From: Candidatus Bathyarchaeia archaeon
Lineage (GTDB): Archaea > Thermoproteota > Bathyarchaeia > Bathyarchaeales > Bathycorpusculaceae
Length of the DNA: 64,000 bases
NCBI GenBank assembly: GCA_049515895.1
Contig: JBEKTQ010000006.1
Span: 32,001-96,000, forward strand
Direction of reading: 5' to 3'
The notes under the pieces are model-generated. The model made no database searches. It saw only the letters and a list, made by a program, of their open reading frames with translations, and was not told the DNA's origin. The position numbers and the translations under genes were made by a program. This document shows, in pieces, positions 29,729 to 38,300 of the stretch (its first letter is position 1; the number at the start of each line of letters is the position of its first letter).

Positions 29729-30250
29729 TTAAAGCCGCATCATGTGGCTTAAAATATGAATTGTCAGGATGAGATAGAATGCTGTGGTCATGCTAACGTG
29801 TACGAATCTGATGTACTTTTTTAAACTTTGCATTATGTTGAACCTGTAAAAAAGACCTGTCACTACGAGCGTAAGCGTGGCAACAAATAATGCAAATCCC
29901 GTTCCAATGAAGGACACCCTCGTTATCCAATATGTGAAGTGAACAGAAATAAGCGTGAAGGCAACCAAATTTCCTAATATGTGCACTCTTACCCACGCTT
30001 TGATTCTCGTGGGACGACGATGTTTCAAGACAACGTATATAGGCGTAACAACTGCGATCCAGAAGCCTCCTATCAAGACAGCCCAATGGGTAAACAGCAA
30101 GGAACCTACAGAAAAACTGAACAAAGACCTGTAAACAATTATAAGGGCTGATAGACATATCGTGAAAAGAACTATGACCAATGTTCCCCATTGGTCTGGA
30201 TTCTTTAAACGTTCCATATCCTTAACCAGTTTTACCTTTGATGCCCACAT
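29729..30250 (-). CDS. Multi-TM membrane protein with paired His residues (cytochrome b / ferric reductase-like)
   Basis: WVRVHILG...VHF and FVHVS...IHILSH pairs in hydrophobic helices. Confidence 0.55.
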   Translation of the reverse strand: MWASKVKLVKDMERLKNPDQWGTLVIVLFTICLSALIIVYRSLFSFSVGSLLFTHWAVLIGGFWIAVVTPIYVVLKHRRPTRIKAWVRVHILGNLVAFTLISVHFTYWITRVSFIGTGFALFVATLTLVVTGLFYRFNIMQSLKKYIRFVHVSMTTAFYLILTIHILSHMMRL

Positions 30251-30300
30251 GCACCGTATTATGACACCGTTATATCCTACTTATGAAGTTATGTCCAAAA

Positions 30301-30342
30301 TCTGAATTAATGAAGAAAAATTCTGAATTAATGAAGAAAAAT
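30301..30342. repeat. Perfect 21-bp tandem duplication
   Basis: TCTGAATTAATGAAGAAAAAT x2. Confidence 0.85.
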
Positions 30343-30745
30343 CTACTTGAGCAATATTCTAACAAATCAGCGCACGCTAATGGTTAGTTGTTCCAACACT
30401 GACGGTGATATAACAGATTTGTTCGGGGCATCCAAGAATTTTTTAGCTATATACGTCGGGCGCGCTAAACCCAACAAACTAAAGCAGATTCAACAATCCA
30501 ATTTTGAATGACCTTGTTCCAGTTTGGGCTGCTCCAACCGCTGCGGTTTTTCAGTTGATGTGTTGTACAACTCCATTTAAGCCAAATATGTCGATTTTTA
30601 AGAGATATTTTACGTATTGACCTGTTTTTGTGTTCGACAATTAGGTCTCTCAGCCCGTTTTGATATGCTTGCATTATGTACGAGGGTTTATTTGATGGTT
30701 TAGGCACTATTAAGATATATGAAAGCAACAGGAGAAAAGTAGAAC

Positions 30746-31153
30746 ATGATCAACAACTACCAAAAAGAAGTCCAAACAAAACTCACCAAAGGGCTCTTAG
30801 ACATGATTATTCTTCAATATCTCGACCAAGAATCCATGCATGGATACCAACTCATCACCAAAATCCGAAAAAGCTACGGCGTCTACTTCGGACCAAGCAC
30901 CATCTACCCATTACTAGGGCTATTAGAGAAAAAAGGCTACTTAAAGAGCGCCTGGAAAATGGATGCAGAAAGGCCACGAAAAGTGTTCAATCTCACTAAC
31001 GATGGGAAAAATTTCTTGAATTTTACCGAAAACTCACTCAACCTCCTCTGTAAAAATATGGTAGCCGATAGCAAAATCCAAATACAATCAGCCTCGCTAA
31101 TTTCGTCGAGATCAACGCTTCAAAGAGGAATCCCGCCTTTGACAGTCTGCTGA
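30746..31153 (+). CDS. PadR family transcriptional regulator
   Basis: KGLLDMIIL...MHGYQLI...GPSTIYPLL..LEKKG...RPRKVF.LT..G. Confidence 0.9.
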   Translation: MINNYQKEVQTKLTKGLLDMIILQYLDQESMHGYQLITKIRKSYGVYFGPSTIYPLLGLLEKKGYLKSAWKMDAERPRKVFNLTNDGKNFLNFTENSLNLLCKNMVADSKIQIQSASLISSRSTLQRGIPPLTVC

Positions 31154-31815
31154 GAAAATCCCTTTTAGCCAGGTTTAGCGGCCAATCACGATCCTTCCGA
31201 GAATTTGAGTTTTGCCATCCTTCAGACCTGCCAAATGAATATGATAAGGCATTTTGAAAGAGGAGCTTGTCTTATATATTTTGAAACTGTAAAAAAACTG
31301 CCGGGGTTAGATGATCCATGTCAACGACAAAGATTTTGTTAGGCTGTTCGTATTCCTCGTTTTTGCTAAATTTCCGTGTCAAGCACATAAGATCAGTTAG
31401 CCGTTTGAATTGTTGCTTCTATAGGAAGCGCTGCGAGAGCTGTTTCTAATTACTGTTGCTTCTGTTCATCTAACAAGTAATATTTTTTGCGAATTTCACC
31501 GACTAAATAACGGCGCACCCTATAAATGTGCAAATAGAGAAGCCTAAAGAGACAAAAAGACTTTCATACGCAACCATTATAACCAAAACAAGAACTTCTG
31601 CCAAAATATATGCCACAGTTAGCACGCCTCATAAAAAAAGGACAAAACCATCCGCGCGCGCAAAACCAACATCATTAACACTACCGCCTAAGCGTGCGTG
31701 CGCTAAGAAAAACAAAGAGCTTTATTCGTTGATGGTAGCTCCGCTCCCGCTTGCGCCGACCGCCAAACTATTTGAGGAACAACCTGCTCATTGATTATCA
31801 AGAGGGAAGAAAGAA

Positions 31816-32037
31816 ATGTCCAAGGGGTATGGAACAATTGTTGGTAGAGTAGGCATCATTTTACTGCTTACTGGAATAGTTATCATGCTAGTTGGTTACT
31901 TAAGATCTCCAGCGCACACCAACCGCATACCAAGTAACTTGGTAACCTATCTTGGAGTAGGTTTAGCGGTTGTTGGAGCTATTTTGTTCCTCATATTTGT
32001 TATTGAATTTGTAACAAACGAGAGAAAACACTTGTAA
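31816..32037 (+). CDS. Small two-TM membrane protein
   Basis: Two hydrophobic helices; GAGGG upstream. Confidence 0.65.
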   Translation: MSKGYGTIVGRVGIILLLTGIVIMLVGYLRSPAHTNRIPSNLVTYLGVGLAVVGAILFLIFVIEFVTNERKHL

Positions 32038-32529
32038 ATGTCCTCAAGAGATTTAGACTTCAGCGCTTCGCTCCCGATTTCGCTCTCTTTATCAACTATT
32101 TTTGTTGGTCGCTCTTGTCGCTTCGCTCCGAACCGCTCCACGGCCAACAAAAACAATTAGAAAAACGAGAGGGCACCAAGAAAAAAACCTTAAACAAAAC
32201 TTATTCCAAACTTACAGCAACCAAAACAGCATCTAAACAATCATTAGCGGGTAAATCAACCCTGATTAAGACGCCCCAGCAAAGCTCGAATCCTCAAGCC
32301 AACGTTCCGTTAGAATAACCGTCTAAAAAGAAGCTCAAACGGGGCCATGGCATTTGCCCTCGTTCCACCGCCTCAGAAACTTCAAACGCTCGCTTCATAC
32401 CCCTCTTGCTCCGCTCAATCGTGAAAAACTGTCGCAATTCAGGGAAGCTCGTGCCTCGTTTCCTCACTCGTGCGAAATGATTAAGGAAATAAGTAGTAAA
32501 AAGTTACTGAGGCCAAAATATAATCAGTA

Positions 32530-32970
32530 TTATGAACCGAGTTTCCGCTCATCCAAAACTGCGCCATCGCCTCTCAAAACAGCCGTAAAACTCTGATTTG
32601 ATTTCATGCTGTCATCAAACCCAATTAATAGGTTGATTTGATCTTGCAGTGTTTCTCCTGCATGAAGCGTAAAGCTTTCAGGGCGATAGTCATATGCGCC
32701 AGTTTCGCTGATGTTTCCGTTGACCATTCTTTCAATCGTTAGATTTCCATTCTTGATTTCAGCCGTCCCCGTGTTTTCTACAGTTACATTGAACGTGATA
32801 ATCATCTCCATCCCAACGATCGGGGAGGGCCCTTCAGCAATGAAGGCTGTTATCTTTGCTTGGAGGCTCGGTTGAGGAGAAAAATAACCAGAATAGAAAA
32901 GCAGCGTAGTTACCGACGCAAAAACGATAACGACCGTAACTATTACTAGAATAAGTTTTCTTTTGATCAT
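32530..32970 (-). CDS. Membrane-anchored Ig-like (CARDB-like) protein
   Basis: N-terminal TM; FNVTVENTG...L.AGET motif. Confidence 0.65.
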   Translation of the reverse strand: MIKRKLILVIVTVVIVFASVTTLLFYSGYFSPQPSLQAKITAFIAEGPSPIVGMEMIITFNVTVENTGTAEIKNGNLTIERMVNGNISETGAYDYRPESFTLHAGETLQDQINLLIGFDDSMKSNQSFTAVLRGDGAVLDERKLGS

Positions 32971-33200
32971 TAATTCAAGTATCCCCTTTTTAGCCAGATA
33001 GCTATTTTTTCGTTCTCGATAATTTAGTTTTTTTCCGTTTAAAATCCTTTTTTGTCAAGGTTTATTAACCAACCAATTATTTCTTAGTCCAGATTTCTTG
33101 ACTAAGGCGAACTTCTAGAGGCTTATAACTAGAAAGTGATCATAACAATATTGGGATATAAAATGAGTTAGGAACCTAAAAAATTACTAAGGCTAAGGGT

Positions 33201-33223
33201 GGGTTACGTCCAGCACACCAGCC
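33201..33223 (+). repeat. att-like copy of the rnpB 3' end
   Basis: GGGTTACgtCCAGCACACCAGCC versus rnpB GGGTTACaaCCAGCACACCAGCC. Confidence 0.7.
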
Positions 33224-33327
33224 TATTTCGCTAACACACCGCACTTTTATGGTCCCTGCTAACAAGGTGCTCCATTAAGAAAGACTCACAAAAAAAATGG
33301 AAAGTTGTTTTTGCTTTGCTTCTTTGG

Positions 33328-35949
33328 CTATGGACGTTTTCGTGTGACAAGAATTGCTAGTACAGCGCCGATTATGACGATTACGATAATGATTGCTATT
33401 CCTACGTACATGATGTCGTTTTGAGTGGTTGCTTGGCTAAGTGGTGATGCGGTTGGTGCAACTGTTGGTGCTGCGGCGCTAGCGTAGAAAGCTGCTTGAC
33501 TTGAAGAGCCATAGTATGATTGTGTGCCTGCAAAAGTGGCGGTGACAGTGTAGTTGCCTGTGATGTCAGGTTTCCAATTGAAGCTGTAGAAGCCGCTGGC
33601 AGTGGTTGTGGTTGCGCCGATTGTTCTGTAGTTGCCGTTGCTGTCCAAGACTGATAATGTAACTGGGACTCCAGTTATGTTGGTTGGCATTGGCTGCTGC
33701 ATGTAAACGGATTCCATGAACTGCGTCATGCTTGCGTCGGAAACGCATGGTAGACCGTTGGGGAAGTTTGCTGCACCTACGTCCTGGTTTGCGCCTGCGG
33801 AGATGTCAGTCACTCTGCCAGAGATGGTTATTGGAGCTGCGGTCGTGACGCCAACGTCGGGTGCTGTGACGGTGGTTTTGCTTGGCCCAATGCCGAAGCC
33901 GTATATCTGTCCGTCGTAGCCGTTCCATCCGATCAGTTCTCCGTCAGCGATAGGTGATACGTCTCTCTGGAAAGCGCCATTTATTTCCCAAACTTCGTTG
34001 CCGTTGGCGCAGTTCAATGCAATTTTCTCTCCACCTGGAAAGAGCGGCGGATCGTAGCAGCGTCCTTCGGAGAGGAATAGCATTCCATCGGCGATGCTTT
34101 GCGTATCAAAGACCCAATTGGGATATATACCGTAAGGCGTGTTGTATCCAGCACTTCCTCTGGTCCACGTCCAATCAATTTTTCCAGTTGTAAGGTTGAG
34201 AGCGTTTACGTAGCCACCGATGTCCCAGATGTAGACTTGACCGTAGGCGATAGCTCCACCTGCGAAGAGGGTGCTCAGTCCATTTCCTACTAGTTGAGTT
34301 GGACCCCAGAGTTTACTGCCAGTTGACAGCGAATAGCCGTATGCTTGATCTGTGTCTTTGTCCAGTCTCACGTATATGCCGTTGCCTGATGCCTCAAGGT
34401 TGTAATTATGCGCGTTTTGCAATGTCTGGTTTGTTGGTCCGAAAAGAAGCGCGCCAGTCATGGGATTGTACGCTATATCTGTAACATAAGATCCACCATA
34501 CTGTGAGAACGATGCGAACACGCCGGCGCTAATAAGGGTCGTGGCTGAGGTCAAAAGTATTCCTTGGGTGGTTTCTGAAGAGATGCCAAAGCTTGGATTC
34601 GCCATCGGAACTGGCACTGACCACTGGATGCCTGTTGTGAAGTTGTAGGTTCCTGTTGGTTTAAAGTCACCTGTGTAGATTTCAGCCGAAAGGCCATTTG
34701 CTCCTGGACCACCAACAAGGCAAAGTGATGAATTCCACATAGTCAGCGATTCCGCGACAACGGGGCTGAAGGGGTTGCCAGGTACGGCATTAGTGGTATT
34801 GGTGTAGTAGAGTAGTATTGATCCTGCGCAGTTAGGTTCGTTGGAATCTATCAGTGCGTTTGTTGATGTTGAAAAGAGGTTAGCTATGCTTCCTGGTACG
34901 CTGTTTACAGTTGCCATGTAGTTTCCTGTGAACGGATCTAATATGTCATAGTTTGCAGTTGAAGGATTGTACACCCACAGGAGTGCTTGAGAGCCGAATT
35001 CCTCAACTGTGTGGAATGTGATCACTTGACCATACACCAGTGTGTCAGTGGTATTCTTTACCCATAACGTTTGTCCGTTGAAGAGGTCAACTGCAACGAT
35101 GCCTGCGTAGTCGGTTTGAGCGGGATACCAGCTGTAGAAAAGAATTCCATCCAGAATTATCGGTTCAAAGGTGTGGTAGAGTGGCGAGTTTGCGGCGAAT
35201 GAGCTCATTTCGTTAGCTGGGGTTTCGCCTCCAGGTTGGCCTCCAGTTGTGATTAGTTTCGTCCACAGTACGTGCGCCGTCGTTGGTGCTGTGCTGTAGG
35301 GTTGGAAGTTGTTTCCTGAGCCGTCGTATCCACCTGTATTGTCGAATCCTGGTCTACCCAGTCCGTACCAGTTTCCACCGACCGCTTGCGCCCACCAATA
35401 GTTTGATGCGTAAATTGGTGTTGTCCAGTAGCTCGTTGGAAGAGGAGTACTAGAAAAGTATGATACCGGAGTTGCTTGCACAACAATTGAGACTGCTGGG
35501 CTTATTGAGGGATTCACATTATAGGTTATTCCGCTCGTAAGGTCCTTTCCTAATGATTGCCCAGGAAACACCGCTTGGAATGTGTAGTTTCCCACCGCTG
35601 TGGGCACGAAGTTAATTGCTGGGACGCCTCCCGTGGTGTCTGTTGTGTATGGTCCGAGGGTCTGGTTGGTTCCGTCTGGTTTAATGATGTTGACTTTCAG
35701 GTTTGTGAGTGCTGATCCGGCGTTGATGAAGTTGTTGTAGTTAAGTAATGTTACGGGTTTGGTGAAGAAGAGGGTTATGTACACGGTTTGGCCGACGCCG
35801 ACGGGGCTGGGTGCTGCGTTGACGTACAGAAATGTTGGAAGGTTTACAGGCGACGATGTTTGGGCAGATGCTTGTCCTATCATCATTATCATTGGAGCTG
35901 TTAATACTATCATAAGAACCAAAGCAATCAAACGTCTTTTGGTTTGCAT
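33328..35949 (-). CDS. Secreted, C-terminally anchored PQQ-like beta-propeller surface protein
   Basis: Signal peptide; repeated A.dl.tG...W motifs; Ig-like domain; C-terminal TM plus RKRP. Confidence 0.8.
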   Translation of the reverse strand: MQTKRRLIALVLMIVLTAPMIMMIGQASAQTSSPVNLPTFLYVNAAPSPVGVGQTVYITLFFTKPVTLLNYNNFINAGSALTNLKVNIIKPDGTNQTLGPYTTDTTGGVPAINFVPTAVGNYTFQAVFPGQSLGKDLTSGITYNVNPSISPAVSIVVQATPVSYFSSTPLPTSYWTTPIYASNYWWAQAVGGNWYGLGRPGFDNTGGYDGSGNNFQPYSTAPTTAHVLWTKLITTGGQPGGETPANEMSSFAANSPLYHTFEPIILDGILFYSWYPAQTDYAGIVAVDLFNGQTLWVKNTTDTLVYGQVITFHTVEEFGSQALLWVYNPSTANYDILDPFTGNYMATVNSVPGSIANLFSTSTNALIDSNEPNCAGSILLYYTNTTNAVPGNPFSPVVAESLTMWNSSLCLVGGPGANGLSAEIYTGDFKPTGTYNFTTGIQWSVPVPMANPSFGISSETTQGILLTSATTLISAGVFASFSQYGGSYVTDIAYNPMTGALLFGPTNQTLQNAHNYNLEASGNGIYVRLDKDTDQAYGYSLSTGSKLWGPTQLVGNGLSTLFAGGAIAYGQVYIWDIGGYVNALNLTTGKIDWTWTRGSAGYNTPYGIYPNWVFDTQSIADGMLFLSEGRCYDPPLFPGGEKIALNCANGNEVWEINGAFQRDVSPIADGELIGWNGYDGQIYGFGIGPSKTTVTAPDVGVTTAAPITISGRVTDISAGANQDVGAANFPNGLPCVSDASMTQFMESVYMQQPMPTNITGVPVTLSVLDSNGNYRTIGATTTTASGFYSFNWKPDITGNYTVTATFAGTQSYYGSSSQAAFYASAAAPTVAPTASPLSQATTQNDIMYVGIAIIIVIVIIGAVLAILVTRKRP

Positions 35950-35976
35950 TTTTGTTTTTCTCCTTTAATATTATTT

Positions 35977-36013
35977 GTGCTGAGAAGAAGCAGAGAAGAC
36001 GCCTCTTCTCCAC
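35977..36013 (-). promoter_or_regulatory. 5'-leader hairpin (copy 1) downstream of TATA at 36036-36041
   Basis: GTG GAGAAG AGGC [gtcttctct] GCTT CTTCTC ag CAC. Confidence 0.55.
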
Positions 36014-36211
36014 GTAGCCCCTCTCTGTCCAACTCATATAAGTAATTTGCGCAAAACTCTTAGAGGATAAAGCAAATAAATGCATTTTTTCATTTAAAAG
36101 GATGAAAAATTAAACGAAAAGCAGTGGTTGTACTTCAAGAAAATACGTTTGCCAACCTAATTCTAACGACCGAAGGAAGAAAGGGGGTGTGGCAATTTCG
36201 CCAATCTTGAT

Positions 36212-36236
36212 GTGTTACGTCCAACACAACCAGCCC
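36212..36236 (+). repeat. Second, more degenerate att-like copy of the rnpB 3' end
   Basis: GTGTTACGTCCAACACAACCAGCCC. Confidence 0.5.
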
Positions 36237-36560
36237 CCAAAATGACCTGGGAACCAGTGTAAATAACATAAGCCCCTGAAACCCAAAAATAGCGAAACCA
36301 ACTAAGGAACTTAGCCAATCGGTTAGAATCAGTTATCCAATCTCACACACATTCTCAACCGTCACCTCAGTAACGTCATCATCAAAACAAACTCCGCAAA
36401 GACGTGAATCAATTGACCGATTATTCTTAGTCGAACAGCAACCACAACGAACACGCGTGCCCAATGTTGTTTATAATTCATTTTATAGATTCATAATTAT
36501 TATTAGACAAGTTTTTCTACAATAGATAAGGTCAACCTTCCCATTGAGAGTTCTACCATT

Positions 36561-37373
36561 ATGGCCGAAGCTACGACTGAACAGACGATTATGGATTACG
36601 CGGTGATAGCAAGAGGACACGTTCTCTCAGCTTGTACGGACAAAATAGTCCCGAGGAAGACCGTGGTTTTCACAACTCTTGTAGACCCAACCGTCATAAA
36701 AGTAGCCGGGGAAAGACTAAAACGACGGCTATTTACCAAGTTTGGGATTCGGAAGCCCAGCCTTGCAACCATCCAATTAGCTTCTCTGCAAAAATACTAC
36801 GAACCATACATAGTGATTAGCGCCAGATATTTTCTAGATTACTACCGCATGTGCGCTTACACTGTTTCAATCGATAGCGAAGTACGCGAGTTCGTCATGC
36901 AAAACAGAACATTCTATCCGGAGAAAAGTCAGAATTCAACCGCAAGCATAAAGTTTGAGGGCGAAGAACGGCTTGTTGTTGAGAAGAAATCCTTCTTCAT
37001 GCTATTAAAGAATGGTCAAGAAGCGAATCCTGAAACGTTACCTAGCGGGCCCCCGGAGAAGAAGCCCAAGGAGTCAATAAGGGCACAATGCATTAAGGAA
37101 ATCGATCCGGAAGCGGACGTTGACTTTGCTCGGAAAAGGCTAGTTCATCGACCGGAAAACCTGAGCCGTATAGTCGATGAGGTTTTTGAAATCAGCGAAA
37201 GAGTCGTAATTTACGCCCCCAGATTCAAGCTTACGTACGTTAATGCGAGCAATTACGAGGAAAAATCAATTGAGTTTGACGGAATTACATCAAAAAGAAT
37301 CCTCGACGAGAACCTTCCTTCTCGTGCAGTCCGAGCCATTAAGTCCACCTTGAGCGCGACTTTCAAGAAGTAG
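36561..37373 (+). CDS. Hypothetical protein
   Basis: 270-aa ORF with protein-like composition; no family recognised. Confidence 0.7.
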   Translation: MAEATTEQTIMDYAVIARGHVLSACTDKIVPRKTVVFTTLVDPTVIKVAGERLKRRLFTKFGIRKPSLATIQLASLQKYYEPYIVISARYFLDYYRMCAYTVSIDSEVREFVMQNRTFYPEKSQNSTASIKFEGEERLVVEKKSFFMLLKNGQEANPETLPSGPPEKKPKESIRAQCIKEIDPEADVDFARKRLVHRPENLSRIVDEVFEISERVVIYAPRFKLTYVNASNYEEKSIEFDGITSKRILDENLPSRAVRAIKSTLSATFKK

Positions 37374-37401
37374 AAAAGTGCGCCGGCGCGCGCGTTACTC
37401 T

Positions 37402-37632
37402 TTAATTGCGGACATTGAACCCACGTAATCTCAACACGAACCATACAACGCACACTAATAGGAATAGGCTGTCGCCGAGGTTCGGCCACAACGGGAAGTA
37501 AACCCAGTTGTTAAAGAAGGTCGGAAGTTTTAAAGCATAACCGGCGATTCCGAAGAGGCACATGATATCGACACACCTTATGAACAATTGTTTTCCTGTT
37601 CTAGGAATCCATGAGTAGGATGCCCCTTGCAT
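37402..37632 (-). CDS. Small membrane protein
   Basis: Two hydrophobic stretches; GAGG upstream. Confidence 0.45.
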   Translation of the reverse strand: MQGASYSWIPRTGKQLFIRCVDIMCLFGIAGYALKLPTFFNNWVYFPLWPNLGDSLFLLVCVVWFVLRLRGFNVRN

Positions 37633-37970
37633 TTGCCTTCGTCCTCTTAATGGATTGAGTTGCTCAACTTAATTTATTTTTACCAACCTCAAATCTTAAT
37701 ATTACAAGTATCCTTTCTTTCAATCTTGCGTGAGCGCGCGTGCTTGTTCCCAAATTATGAAGTAAGCAGCATTTTTTTCTAACTCCATAGGATGTGCCAC
37801 CGGCAGCTTCGACCCTGCATTTGATGATGAAAAGAATCAACAACCTTCAAGTGGCGTAATAAGTTGTCTGGCCTGGCCAACAAAATTTCGAAAACGGTTG
37901 GGTTAGCGGCATGCTTAATTCTTCTCTTTGTTGACTATTTCAGCTATATAGCATAGGACCTCGGATTTTG

Positions 37971-38116
37971 GGGAGATTTAAGGAGATTTCGGGAGAATTG
38001 GGGAGATTTGGGGAGATTTTTAGACGCAACCTGCAGCCGATCCAAGACCTAAATCAAAAAAGCAACCCAAATCACAAACAACAAATTTGCCGGTTTCCCA
38101 CGGCGCCAAAATAACT
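37971..38116. repeat. Dispersed repeat copy 1 with 5x10-bp GGGAGATTTN array
   Basis: Homologous to 55361-55513. Confidence 0.8.
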
Positions 38117-38300
38117 CACAAAACCATTCCAACCTAAACGAACAACTTTTAGCGGCAATGTTGCAGTATTCTTTCATATTAGTGCAGAAAAATGTGACCA
38201 AACGCGCGGCGTGCTAATCTTGTGCGAAATGTTATGACATTTTCTTAATGCTGTCTTGATTTAAAAAATAAAAAAAGAAAAAGGGGTTTTGACTATTTGT

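Larger units (their letters stand above)
26880..33223. mobile_element. Putative decayed integrative element inserted at the rnpB 3' end
   Basis: The rnpB 3' end (26880-26902) is repeated at 33201-33223 (21/23 identical); an integrase relic sits at the left end; cargo is AT-rich and accessory. Confidence 0.6.

Noticed and set aside
30301-30342. 21-bp tandem duplication as a regulatory or mobile signal
   Set aside because: Only two copies with no other context; most simply replication slippage.
37971-38020. 10-bp tandem arrays as a possible CRISPR array
   Set aside because: No spacers, unit too short, and no cas genes in the window.
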